Shown one piece after another: positions 1 to 12,668 of a DNA stretch of 64,000 nt. The stretch spans positions 310,001 through 374,000 of the forward strand of contig MU008192.1 in the NCBI GenBank assembly GCA_010909165.1. The letters are read 5' to 3'. The notes below the pieces were generated by a model. It worked only from the letters and a program-made list of their open reading frames with translations. It searched no databases and was not told where the DNA came from. Made by a program: the position numbers and the translations under genes. The stretch's first letter is position 1. Each line of letters opens with the position of its first letter. Origin of the DNA: Anthoceros angustus (taxonomy: Eukaryota > Plantae > Anthocerotophyta).

Positions 1-2161
1 AGTTGCCCAACAGTACGTCATCCAGCAGTCCTCTTTCAACGATCTGTGAGTGCAGCTGCCCTTCTGTAAGGCACCAGTGGCTCCACATGCCTTCAGAAGG
101 CAAGCAAAAGTAACATGGTTAGCCAAAATCAGGCCCTCCTGCTCCATTTGTCCATACAGAACAAGCGCCTCTTGGCCGAGTCCTTGCTGTGCATACCCAG
201 CAATCAGGGCATTCCATGTCACCACATCCTTTGGCCAAGCTGTCAAAACCTGGCGTGCATCTTCCAGTTCACCACATTTTGCATACATGTCCACCAGGCA
301 GTTGCCCACCACATTATCCAGCAGTCTTTCCACAATCTGTGAGTGCAGCTGCCTGCCCTTCTGTAAGGCACCAGTGCTTGCACAGGCCTTCAGAAGGCAA
401 GCAAAATGGTCAGCCAAAATGAGGCCTCCTCCATTTGTCCATACACAACAAGCGCCTCTTGGCGAGTCCTTGCTGCATACCCAGCAATCAGGGCATTCCA
501 TGTCACCACATCCTTTGTGGCCAAGCTGTCAAAACCTGGCGTGCATCTTCCAGTTCACCATTTTGCATACATATCCACCAGGCAGGTGCCCAACACTACA
601 TTATCCAGCAGTCCTCTTTCCACAATCAGTGAGTGCAGCTGCCTGCCCTTCTGTAAGGCACCAGTGCTTGCACAGGCCTTCAGAAGGCAAGCAAAAGTAA
701 CATGGTTAGCCAAAATCAGGCCCTCCTGCTCCATTTGTCCATACACAACAAGCGCCTCTTGGCCGAGTCCTTGCTGTGCATACCCAGCTATCAGGGCATT
801 CCATGTCACCACATTCTTTGTGCCATGCTGTCAAAACCTGGCGTGCATCTCAGTTCACCACATTTTGCATACCCAGATATCAGGGCATTCCATGTCACAT
901 CCTTTGGCCATGTCAAAAACCGTGCATCTTTCAATTTGCCACATTTTGCATACATGTCCACCAGGCAGTTCCCAACAAACAAGTTAGTGGAAATGCCACT
1001 GTGCAACACATCATAGTGCACTTTTCTGCCTGATTCCAAGTCGGCAGCTATTGCACAAGCTTGAAGGACAGCTACAAAGACGTGACCATCCGCCTTCACT
1101 CCTGATCGACGCATCTCATGGTACAGTTGGACAGCCTCAATAGGTTTCCCATGCTTAGCATATGCAGAGATTATGGAAGACCACATGAAGGCATTCGGTT
1201 TGCCGACCCTGGTGAGCACATCCCTAGCCTCTTGTAGCCTACCTCCACAGGCATACATGCGCAAGATATGGTTCCCCAAGTATGCATTCGAATCGTACCC
1301 AAGTTTGACAGTGAGATCATGAACTCTTCGCCCCACAACCAAATCCTTCTTAGCTGTGCACAGTTTGAGCACATTGTAAAACAGAGACTGAGAAATAGCA
1401 GAGTCTGTCTGCGCCAGAGATTCCAGGGCTCCAACGGCCTCAGAAAGCTTCCCTGCTGACATAACATGCTCACGGTTCCAGCCGTTACGACGCCCATTTC
1501 CGATCCTGCACCTGCAGGTTCAGGCTTATCCGGAGCTCGACTTGGAAGGAGGCACCATGACCCATCTGCATATCCAAGGAAACAGCTGCTCATCAACCCA
1601 AGCTGGCTTAACATGTTGTTTAACCACAGGACCTCGCCGGACCCTTACGCCGGAAGTCAGGCGAACGGGAGCTCTTCTTATCTCGTCTGTTGTCCACCAC
1701 ATGGTAGGGTCCAGAAAAATTGTTGCCACAAGTGCTCCTGCTCCTGCACGCCTGCAGGTTCAGGCTTATCCGGAGCTCGACTTGGAAGGAGAGGCACCAT
1801 GACCCATCTGCATATCCAAGGAAACGCTCATCAACCCAAGCTGGCTTAAAACGTTGTTTAACCACAGGACCTCGCCGGACCCTTACGCCGGAAGTCAGGC
1901 GAACGGGAGCTCTTCTTATCTCGTCTGTTGTCCACCACATGGTAGGGTCCAGAAAAATTGTTGCCACAAGTGCTCCTGCTCCTGGCGACGACCATCGCTG
2001 GAACTGTCCCCCCCATTTCTCGGAAGTGGAAGTGCTGGGTTCCTTACACTGTTGCACCTGGAGGATTGATTGTTTGCCCCGGATTGACTCCCAAGCTGGG
2101 GTGAGCGGCAGGTCCTCGTAGAACACCAATTTGTTGGGTCCACGACGGCTCCGATTGCCAT
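1..2161 (-). CDS. PLS-class PPR gene copy 1 (5' part; C-terminus runs off the window), with 2 N-terminal PDF-like motifs; frameshifted as assembled
   Basis: ORFs 806-1462 and 555-812 give PLS motifs (VTWNALIAGYAQQG, VTFACLLKACAS, CLVDMYAKCG). 1916-2161 gives the N-terminus MAIGAVVDP...EHLWQQFF. Colinear with copies 2-4. Confidence 0.85.
1505..1984. repeat. Near-identical ~238-bp tandem duplication encoding the PDF-like motif in PPR copy 1
   Basis: 1505-1745 and 1742-1984 are almost identical; TGTTGCCACAAGTGCTCCTG recurs at 1721 and 1959. Confidence 0.9.
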
Positions 2162-2532
2162 AGTGTGCCCATCTCCGGCGTCGGAAGATGACGAGTCTAA
2201 GAACAGACTGTGACGAGATGCCCCGATGCCAACATGCAGTACATGCCCGCACCTCCCGGAGGAGCTACAGACGGTTGTGGATTGGGTACCCAGAGAAACC
2301 TGTATGGTTCAATTTTGAAGTTGACAGAACCTGGTCAGTCTGAAGTTTTCCTACTTCCACTTTATATTCAGAAAAAATCTGATTCTCAGCGGAATGACGT
2401 GATGAGAAGTAGATCAGCGTTCCCCGTCCATGTCCATGTCGCAGTTTGGACAGGATCGATTGGTGGCTTCAGCTCCAGAACAAGCACATTCTCCCAGCAC
2501 AAACTTGACACTGGCTACTTATTTATTTATCC

Positions 2533-5500
2533 TCACGAACGACCTCTACAACTGCAACAGCCAGCTGCGAATCGATGCACACGGTACCCATCCCTCACAA
2601 CGATGTCCCGCTGTTCAAGCCTTGACATGATCTCCGTGGAAGTGTGACAGTCACTGCACATGCGTAGATTCTTCATTACCACCAGAGGGGCCCCACTCGG
2701 AGTGTTCAAGAGACCAAACGCAAGAGCCAGCTTCTCAGCATGCCCACAAAGCACATCTTCCTTCTCCTTCTCACACATCGGCTTCAACACCAACTTTGTG
2801 TGAGGCACGTGGCCGCCTTCCTCCTTCAGACGTGCATTCGTGCTCTCTACCTTCAGCGCAATATCCTCTCTCCTTTCTCCCACCAGAAATCTATGTACCT
2901 GCTTATTCACCTCAATGGTAGCCACTGCAGGCTTCTTATTAGCTCCCGCTCCCCTTCGCCGTGTTTCAATCCTGTCTACATCGGTCCACCTACCCGCATC
3001 GGCGTAGGCATTGGCCATGAGCACGTATGCAGGCGCCTCCTGGGGGTCCAGCTTAACAATGCTTTCAAAACACCACGACGCCCTCTCTATATCCCCGTGA
3101 CTTTTGCAGGCATTCAACAAAGACGTCAACCCCACAACATTACTTCGGGCCTCACATGACAATAGCATCTTCTCTGCCTCATCTAAATGGCCTGCACGAC
3201 CAAGAAGATCGATCATGCTAACGTAATGCTCAATAGTAGGTTTGATGCCATGCTGTTCAGCCATGGAATCGAAGTGCTTGCGGCCCTCCTGCACCAGCTC
3301 CTCATGGCTGCATGCTACTAGAAGGCAAGTAAAAGTAGCACCATCAGGCTGAATACCAGCAATTAACATCTCCTCAAAACAAGCTAGTGCCTTGTGACCT
3401 TCATCACAAGTGCCATACCCAGATATCAGGGCAGTCCATGTCACCACATCCTTTCTGTCCATGCAGTCGAAAACCTGGCGTGCATCTTCCAGTTCACCAT
3501 ATTTTGCATACATGTCCACCAGGCAGGTGCCCAACAGTACGTTATTCAGCAGTCCTCTTTCGACAATCTGTGAGTGCAGCTGCCTGCCCTTCTGTAAGGC
3601 ACCAGTGCTTGCACAGGCCTTCAGAAGGCAAGCAAAAGTAACATGGTCAGCCAAAATGGCCTGCTCCATTTGTCCATACAGAACAAGTGCCTCTTGGCCG
3701 AGTCCTTGCTGTGCATACCCAGATATCAGGGCATTCCATGTTACCACATTCTTTGTGGCCAAGCTATCAAACACCCTGCGTGCATATTCCAATTCACCAC
3801 ATTTCGCATACATGTCCACCAGGCAATTGCCCAACACTACATTGTCGAGCAGTCCTCTCTCGACAATCTGTGAGTGCAGCTGCCTGCCCTTCTGTAAGGC
3901 ACCAGTGCTTGCACAGGCCTTTAGAAGGCAAGCAAAAGTAACATCGTCAGCCAGAACGAGGCCCTCCTGCTCCATTTGTCCATACAACAAGCGCCTCACG
4001 AGACCTTGCTCAGCATACCCAGCTATCAGGGCATTCCATGTCACCACATCCTTTGTTCATGCTGTCAAAAACCTGGCGTGCATCTTCAGTTCACCACATT
4101 TTGCATACAGACATCAGCATTCCATGTCACCACATCCTTTGGCCATGCTATCAAAAACCTGGCGTGCATCTTCCAGTTGGCCACATTTCGCATACATGTC
4201 CACCAGGGAAGTGCCCACAAACAAATTAGTACGAATGCCGCTGTGCAACACATCACAGTGCACTTTTCTGCCAGATTCCAAGTCGGCAGCTAGTGCACAA
4301 GCTTGAAGGACAGCTACAAAGACGTGACCATCCGCCTTCACTCCTGATCGACGCATCTCATGGTACAGTTGGATGGCCTCATTCGGTTTCCTGTGCTTTG
4401 CATGTGCAGAGATTATGGAAGACCACATGAAGGCATCTGGTTTGCCGACCCTGGTAAGCACATCCTTGGCCTCCTTCAGACTACCTCCACATGCATACAT
4501 GCGCAAGATATGATTCCCCAAGTATGCATTCGAATCGTACCCAAGTTTGACAGCGAGATCATGAACTCTTCGCCCCATAACCAAATCCTTCTTAGCTGTG
4601 CACAGTTTGAGCACAGTGTAAAACAGAGACTCAGAAATATCAGAGTCTGTCTGCGCCAGAGATTCCAGGGCCTCTACGGCCTCACAAAGCTTCCCCTGCT
4701 GACATAACATGCTCACGGTTCCAGCCGTTACGACGCCCATTCCCGATCCTTCACGCCTGCCAGGTTCAGGCTTATCCGGAGAGCTCCACTTGGAAGGAGA
4801 GGCACCATGACCGATCTGCATATCCAACAAAACCAGCCGCTTATCAACCCAAGCTGGCTGAAACAGGCTGTTTAACCACAGGACCTCCCCGGACCCCTTA
4901 TGCCGGAAGTGAGGCGAATTCGTACCGCGTCTGTTGTCCCACCACATGGTAGGCTCCACAAACAATTGTTGCCACAAGTGCTCCTGCTGCTGTCGACTAC
5001 CATCGCTGGATAATTCGTCCCCACCCACACATTGTCTGGGAAGAGGAAGTGCTGGGCTCCTTAGACTGCTGTATATGGACCCTATTCGCCATCCTTCACG
5101 CCTGCCAGGTTCAGGCTTATCCGGAGAGCTCGACTTGGAAGGAGAAGCACCATGACCCAGCTGTATGTCCAAGGAAAGCAGCTGCTCATCAACCCAAGCT
5201 GGCTTGAACATGTTGTTTAACCACAGGACCTCGCCGGACCCCTTACGCCGGAAGTCAGGAGAACGGGAGCTCTTCGCTCCTCGTCTGTTGTCCCACCACA
5301 TGGTAGGCTCCAGAAAGAATTGTTGCCACAACTGCTCCTGCTCCTGGCGACGATCGTCGCTGGATAACTGGTCCCCACCTACACATTTTCTCGGAAGTGG
5401 AAGTGCTGGGCTCCTTACACTTCTGCACCTGGAGGCCTGATTGTTTGCCAGGGGATGAAGCCCTAAGGTGAGGTGAGCGGGAGCTCCTGGTAGAAACCCT

Positions 5501-5556
5501 GTACCCACACCAATTTGTTTGGTCCACAATGGTTCCGGTTGCCATACTGTGGCCAT
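2533..5556 (-). CDS. PPR copy 2: 2xPDF-PLS-E1-E2-DYW:KP protein ending GRS; putative U-to-C editing factor, frame break near 4050-4140
   Basis: ORF 4114-5556 has an S/R-rich leader, two WWDNR..P(D/H)F..KGSGEVLWL motifs, then PPRs. ORF 2533-4047 has PLS triplets, P2L2S2, E1E2, KKPAVATIEV, GHAEKLA, LRMCSDCH, HRF..GCCSCRGRS. Confidence 0.92.
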
Positions 5557-8500
5557 CGTTCAGGGACCACTCGGCTGTCGAAACAAGAGTCTAACAACAG
5601 ACTTGCCCACTTGTGGCAGGATGCCAGGAGGTGCTGTGTATAAAGAATGGTGCAGACCCTTTTTCGTGAAGCATCCCTCCCTCCCTCCTTGCCTTTCTTC
5701 ACTCAAACATATCATTCCTCAAAGATTCCCGGGTATCCAGTTGATAGTGGCTCCGTTCTCACTTACAATCATCTCCTTCTCTGGAATGGATCTCCAGTCC
5801 TCCCTTCCGTAAGGGGCTCGAGCTAAAGAGTAAAGTGGCCAGAAACGTAGCCACTACTGTGTCTGCATGGTTGGATATGCCCTTCACGCTCTTGCAGGAC
5901 CCCGTACGGTCTCCCTCCCACTGGCTACCGGCGTTATCCTGCACCTTCTAAGTTGTAGTGTCTAGAGCTTGGGACAGCAATCACACTCCACCTCTGAACA
6001 GTTCAGTCTCTCACCTTCATCAGGGTGGATTCACACCGAACGCATACGTCAGGAGCCCAACTGTCAAGAATGGTCGAGTTATCTCGTTCTCCCACCGACA
6101 GAACGGCGGCCATGGCGACCCTGCTCCCTTTTCTAGATCCAGCCTCTACTGCCCAACAACTTCCTAGGAGGTAGCTGCGAAGAGGTGGAGGGCCGGTTTC
6201 AGACCGGGAGCTCTGCGGCGCTGCTACTCCACGGATTGGTCGCCCAAGTTCTGCAGCGACGTAGGAAGGCAGATGGTGGCGCGGACTCTTTCGGCTCGAT
6301 ATGGGATAATCGGGAGTGACGATGAGGATATGGTGTGGGCAGGTGGTGGAGGCTGCGAATGTGCTGGGTCCGCATTTTGTGGCTGTGGACGGGATGGTTG
6401 GAGTGAACGTCAACCTAGTGCTCAAAGCCTATGCAAATGCGCGCGTAGTGCCTCATGTGAGGGTGCCGCTCTGGCTGCTTGGGGTCTGGATTTTGGATTC
6501 GCTGCGTTTCTTAACCAGCAGCTGTGTTGCAGCATTTTGCAGGCACCACAGGGTACGGGCACAGCGATGCGGGGGCCGCTGGAAGCCCTGGACAGGGCTT
6601 ATGCTGAGGTTGTGGGCGTAGAAGCTGCTCTAGTCCGTTCTAAGGTCAGTACTGCGGTGTGCCGTCTTTTCTGCTTCTCCTGAATCATGGAAGTAAGTGT
6701 ATCCGCTGATGGGTGGCTTTCTTCTTCGACTTTGCTGCTCTTCGACCTGACGGCGAGGTAGACATGTCTGCTCAGCGGTTTGCCTCTTGTTGGAACGGGC
6801 TTGCTTGCCGGATTAGATTGGATTGAGATTTTATGGTCTGTTCAGCTGCTGTCAGTTGCAGGTGCACCGTATGACTCTTTCGAGGAAGTGATCGGCTTGC
6901 GCGGCTCTCTAAGGCAAAGGTCGCTGAGAGAGTTTGGGGTTTCCTACAGAGAGATCCGGCCAGCCATCAGGTCCGCTCCCTGATGTTAGGAGACCGACCA
7001 TCAGCATTCAAGCATTTGAAACCAGAGCATGGAGAGAGCAAGGCAACCAGAATGGGAACGAGGGGACAGCTTTTACCACAGCAGTGGGCTCCAAGGTCTC
7101 TATCAACTCGCCATAGCATTTATAAAAACTTGAGTACATCTAGTTATCAACAACAACCACACACTTGGGATTCTGCGCCTGAACGAGAGGAAGTACATCC
7201 ACGTTTCATGGCTCACAAAACATGAACCTATTCGTATCCGATGATCAAATCAGGTGGTCAGATACGAGCAGCAAAGGACGACGATGGACAGAGCTCCATA
7301 TAAACCTGGCTGCAGTTTCGGGGACGGTACACAACTCGCCTCGACGATCTCGATGCATATGGCACGCTTGATCTCCGACACACTCAGCATCTGCCGCCAC
7401 GAATATCCACAGGATCGCTGAACCAAGGCACACTGCGTCTCAGACCTCACTCCAACAGAGAGGGCCTGCAGTTCAATCCAGTTCCCCGTCTGCAGCAGGC
7501 TACAGCAGCAGGAACTGTTGACACACACTTTGCCAGGCACAGCAGATAACAACAATGATGTGCAAACAGAGGCACTGCCTTATCAAGAATCCGGGGGCAC
7601 CTTTGCGCCTACAGGGGGCTACGTAGCAGGCAAGGCTGAGAAGGTTGCAGGAGCAGCCGCCCGCCTCTCAGACCCCGGCATAGCATGGACTCTGGCTCAA
7701 CTTCTGGAGAGGTGATGCGGCTCTTGTTCCAAGGCCCGTTCCTTGCTCCTCAGATGGTGGGAGAAGCTATCAAGGCGACCAACGTTTTCCCCTGAAACTA
7801 AAACACGGTACAGTAGTAGTATGTGTTCTTATAGATCGGACTGTTGCTCCCTCTCTTCCAGAGCTCCTTGGTAGTAGCAGAGGTGATGGCAGCTGAGACG
7901 AGGTACACCTGCCCCCATAGCGTCGTGATATCATCAGGTACCCCAATTGGGATGCTTCTGCAACTTTCTTCCATCCTTGACCAACTCTGCGTCAAGCTCC
8001 TACCCAGCTCCATCTCCACCTGCTGGGCAATCTGGCAGCGCCTGCTCGCCTTCTGCGCTGCAGTACAAAAGCGTTGTCCTGTCAGAAGCGGTGCCTACAT
8101 CCAACCAATGGCAGGGGCCACTGCAGGTGACGAGTCTGAGGTATGCTGCAGCTACACAGTGAGATATGCAGGCTGCAGAGAGCCATGGCTAACTCTGCTG
8201 CTGTTGCATGGTGAATCCAACCAGGTTTGATTTTTGCAGACGGCACATTTGTGGACGGCAGCACAAGTGAGCTGTCGTGCGACGGGCCCTTGAGGGAACC
8301 CTTTGTTGTCTTCTGGCAAGGTACGTTTTCGTGCCCTGCGTTGAAATGCAACCTGGCTTGCTACTGTCACGTTTGCTCCCGAAAAAGGCCTGAACAGTCA
8401 AATCCAATTCTTGCCTGCAGGGGGGCACTCACTGGACCCACTGGGCCTTGGCCTTGGACGATGTGCTGAGCTCGTTGCGGAAGCTTGAGGTTGGTTATGG

Positions 8501-8825
8501 TACTTGTTCTCCTGCTTAGGCACTCTAAGGGCTTTCGAGTTCCCAATGGCTGTCCAAGATGTTTAGATGAGGTGGTCGGGCCATCTACGTACTTCTTTAG
8601 ATACTCCACGAAGGTAGCTTCTAAAAAGGAAAGGCATGTGAGGGCACGAACAAAAAGGCTAAACTCCATGCCGAGTACCTCCAAAGAGGCTCAACGAGTG
8701 TAGACAAAACACCAAATGAAAAACAGAACCGAGATGTATGAGGATCGCCTCCTGAATGACTTCGAGGTCGATGGGAGGAGAGGAGGTTGGCATCCCCCTT
8801 GATGGGGACGACGTCCCGGTCTTGT

Positions 8826-8975
8826 TTTCGCCAGGGAATGAGCAAAGCAAGCACATCCACCCCCGAGACGCTCAACGTCCCAGTCCAAGTTTCGCTAGGG
8901 ATGGAATAGAGCAAGCACATCCACGTCCATGTCTCTGTTTCGCCAGGGATTGAGTAAGGCAAGCACATGCACCCC
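8826..8975. repeat. Three imperfect ~50-60 bp repeats (GCAAGCACATCCAC core) downstream of PPR copy 3
   Basis: TTTCGC(C/T)AGGGA...GCAAGCACAT(C/G)CAC seen three times. Confidence 0.6.
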
Positions 8976-9047
8976 CAAAGAAAACAAAAAAGCAATTTCC
9001 TCTGGCGCAAATCCATACTTAAGCACTAGGTTACCTAGATCATTCTC

Positions 9048-12000
9048 TCACGGTCGACCCTTACAACTGCAACAACCATTTGCGAATCGATGCACCCGAT
9101 ACCCGTCCCTTACAACAATGTCTCTGTGTTCAAGTCTTGACATGATCTCCGTGGAACTGTGGCAGTCACTGCACATGCGTAGATTCTTCGTTACCACCAG
9201 AGGCGTCCCACTCGGAGTGTTCAGAAGACCAAACGCCAGAGCCAGTTTCTCAGCATGCCCACAAAGCACATCTTCTTTTTCCTTCTCAGACAGGGGCTTC
9301 AACACCAATTTTGTGTGAGGTACGTGGCCTCCTTCTTGCTTCAGACGTGCATTCGTGCTCTCTACCTTCAGCGCAACACCCTCTTCTCTTTCTCCCACCA
9401 AAAATCGATGCACCTGCTTATCCACCTCAATGGTCGCCACTGCAGGTTTCTTGTTAGCTCCTGCTACCCTTCTCTGTGTTTCAATCCTGTCTACATCTGT
9501 CCACCTCCCAGCATCTGCATAGGCATTCGCCATGAGCACATATGCAGACGCCCTTTCAGGGTCCTGTTTAACAATGCTTTCAAAACACCACATCGCCCTC
9601 TCTATATCCCCATGACTTTTGCAGGCATTCAGCAAACACCTCAAGCCCACTACATTACTTTGGCCCTCACATGACAACAGCATCTTCTCAGCCTCATCTA
9701 AATGGCCTGCACGCCCAAGAAGATCAATCATGCATTGTAATGCTCAATAGTAGGTTTGATGCCATGCTGTTCAGCCATGGAATCAAAGTGCGGACCCTCC
9801 TGGACCAGTCCCTCATGACTGCATGCTACTAAAAGGCAAGTAAAAGTAGCATCATTAGGCTGAACCCAACTAACATCTCCTCAAAACAAGCTAGTGCCTT
9901 GTGACCTTCATCACAAGTACCATACCCAGATATGAGGGCCGTCCATGTCACTACATCCTTTGTGGCCATGCTGTCAAAAACCTGGCGTGCAGCGTCCAGT
10001 TCACCACATTTTGCATACATGTCCACCAAGCAGGTGCCCAACACCACGTAATCCAGCAGTCCTCTTTCCACAACCTGTGAGTGCAGCTGCCTGCCCCTCT
10101 GCAAGGCACCAGAGCTTCCACAGGCCTTCAGCAGGCAAGCAAAAGTAACATCATCAGCCAGATTGAGGCCCGCCTCCTCCATTTGTCCGTACACAGCAAG
10201 CGCCTCTTTGTCAAGTCCTTGCTGTACATACCCAGCAATCAGGGCATTCCATGTCACCACATCCTTTGCCATGCTGTCAAAAACCTGGCGTGCATCTTCC
10301 AGTTCACCACATTTTGCATACATGTCCACCAGGCAGTTGCCCACACTACGTTATCCAGCAGTCCTCTCAATCTGTGAGTGCAGCTGCCTGCCCTTCTGTA
10401 AGGCACCAGTGCTTGCACAGGCCTTCAGAAGGCAAGCAAAAGTAACATGGTCAGCCAAAATGAGGCCCGCCTCCTCCATTTGTCCATACAAGCGCCTCTT
10501 GCCAAGTCCTTGCTGTCATACCCAGCTATCAGGGCATTCCATGTCACCACATCCTTTGTTCATGCTCTCAAAAACCTGGCGTGCATCTTTCAGTTCACCA
10601 CATTTTGCATACCCAGATATCAGAGCATTCCATGTCAACACATCCTTCGTGGCCATGCTGTCAAAGACCTGCCGTGCATCTTTCAGTTCGCCACATTTTG
10701 CATACATGTCCACCAGGGAGTTGCCAACGAACAAGTTAGAAGGAATGCCACTATGCAACACATCACAGTGAACTTTTCTTCCAGAGCGGCAAAAGCACAA
10801 GCCTGAAGGGCAGCTACAAAAACGTGACCATTCGCCTTCATTCCTGCCCTTCGCATCGCAGTCGTATGGCCTCATTAGGTTTCCCGTGCTTAGCATGTAG
10901 AGAGATTATCGAAAACCACAGGAAGACATTTGGTTTGCCTACCCTGGTGAACACATCCATGGCCTCCTGCAGACTACCTCCAGATGCATACATGCGCAAG
11001 ATATGATTCCCCAAGTACGAATTTGTTTGGTACCCAAGTTTGACAGTGAGATCATGAACTCGTCGCCCCACCACCAAGTCCTTGTGAGCTGTACACAGTT
11101 TGAGCACAGTGTAGAACAGAGTCTGAGAAATACCAGAGTCTGTCTGCGCCAGGGATTCCAACGGCCTCAGAAAGCTTCCCCTGCTGACATAACCTGCGCA
11201 CGATTCCAGCCGTCACGACGCCCATTGCCGGTCCTGCACGCCTGCCAGGCTCGGGCTTATCCGGAGAGCTGGACCCGGAAGGAGAGGCAGCAAGACCCAT
11301 CTGGATATCCAAGGAAAGCAGCTGCTCATCTACCCAAGCTGGCTTGAACAGGTTGTTTAACCACAGGACCTCTCCGGATCCCTTACGCCGGAAGTCGGGC
11401 GACCGGGAGCTCTTGGCATCCCCTCGGTTGTCCCACCACATGGTAGGATCCAGAAAAAATTGTTGCCACAAGTGCTCCTGCTCTTGCTCCTGGCGACGAT
11501 CATCGCTGCATAAGTCGTCCCCAGCCACACATTTTCTGGGAAGTTGAAGAGCTGGGCTCTTCACCCTGCTGCACTTGGAGCCTATTCCCGATCCTGTACG
11601 CCTGCCAGGTTGAGGCTCATCCGGAGAGCTGGACTCGGAAGGAGAAGGACAGGCACCATGACCCATGTGCATATCCAAGGAAAGCAGCTGCTCATCTACC
11701 CAAGCCGGCTTGAGCATGTTGTTTAACCAGAGGACCTCGCCGGACCCCTTACGCCGGAAGTGAGGCGGACGGGAGCTCTTTGTATCTGTTGTGTTGTCCC
11801 ACCACATGGTCGGGTCCAGGAAGAATTGTTGCCACAAGTGCTGCTGCTGCTGCTGCTGCTGCTGCTCCTGCTGCTCCTGCCAACGGGCTGGGCGGGAAAA
11901 TCCGTCCGCAGCCGCACATTTTGTCGGAAGTGGGAGTGCTGGGCTCCTTACACTGCTGCACCTAGAGGCTTGGTTGTTTGCCAGGAATTGACTCCCTGAG

Positions 12001-12119
12001 GTGACGTGAGGTGAGCGGGAGCTCCTCGTAAGATCCCTGTACACACACCGTTTGATCGGGTCCACAACAAGTCCGGTTGCGATACCGTGTCCATCGCTCA
12101 AGGACCGCTGTGGTACCAT
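9048..12119 (-). CDS. PPR copy 3: 2xPDF-PLS-E1-E2-DYW:KP protein ending GRP; several frameshifts as assembled, start uncertain
   Basis: ORFs 11052-12314 (two PDF-like motifs, polyQ), 10838-11161, 10516-10896, 9829-10344 and 9048-9731 (KKPAVATIEV, HAEKLA, CSDCH, SCKGRP). Confidence 0.9.
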
Positions 12120-12363
12120 GGGTCTAACCACAGGCTGCGGGGAGGATGCTCTTTCACTTTCACCATGCATGAGCACACCACCCTGACGAACAAGCCTTCC
12201 ACATGGACCCGTCTCGAGGAATCGAGTCCTCAGAATGCGTTCACGTATTTCAGCCAATTCTACGAACATAGGTAGCGTGTGAAATATTGGGAAAATTATT
12301 TCAGTATTTTTCATTTTTCATAACTTCCTTACAAAAATAGGCATGACAATTATGTGCCACCGC

Positions 12364-12668
12364 AGGGCATCACAAACCTATGGAGGGCATCACAAACCTA
12401 TGGAATACCGATCTCGTCAGGAAGCCCTTTAGGGTTTTTTTCCATTGTGACCAAAGAAGTTTTCCGCCAGACACGGCGGAAAACTTCCTGCACACACTTG
12501 ACGACATCCCGCCGCCTGCCCCTCGTGTCCCGATCCCACTAAGCATGTGTATGGAATACCTGCTTCCCAGGGTTTTCCATTGTGACCAAAGAGTTTTCGT
12601 GACACTACAAACTGCCACACACTTGATCCACGGTCGCGCCTGCCCCTCGTGTCCCGATCTCTACTAAG
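12364..12668. repeat. Local direct repeats between divergent PPR copies 3 and 4 (20 bp x2; ~110 bp x2)
   Basis: AGGGCATCACAAACCTATGG twice at 12364-12403; TTCCATTGTGACCAAAGA...GCCTGCCCCTCGTGTCCCGATC twice at about 12430-12545 and 12569-12668. Confidence 0.75.

Noticed and set aside
4050-4140. Programmed frameshift or intron linking the two ORFs of PPR copy 2
   Set aside because: The sequence is a PPR SS motif with small deletions; no slippery site or convincing splice signals.
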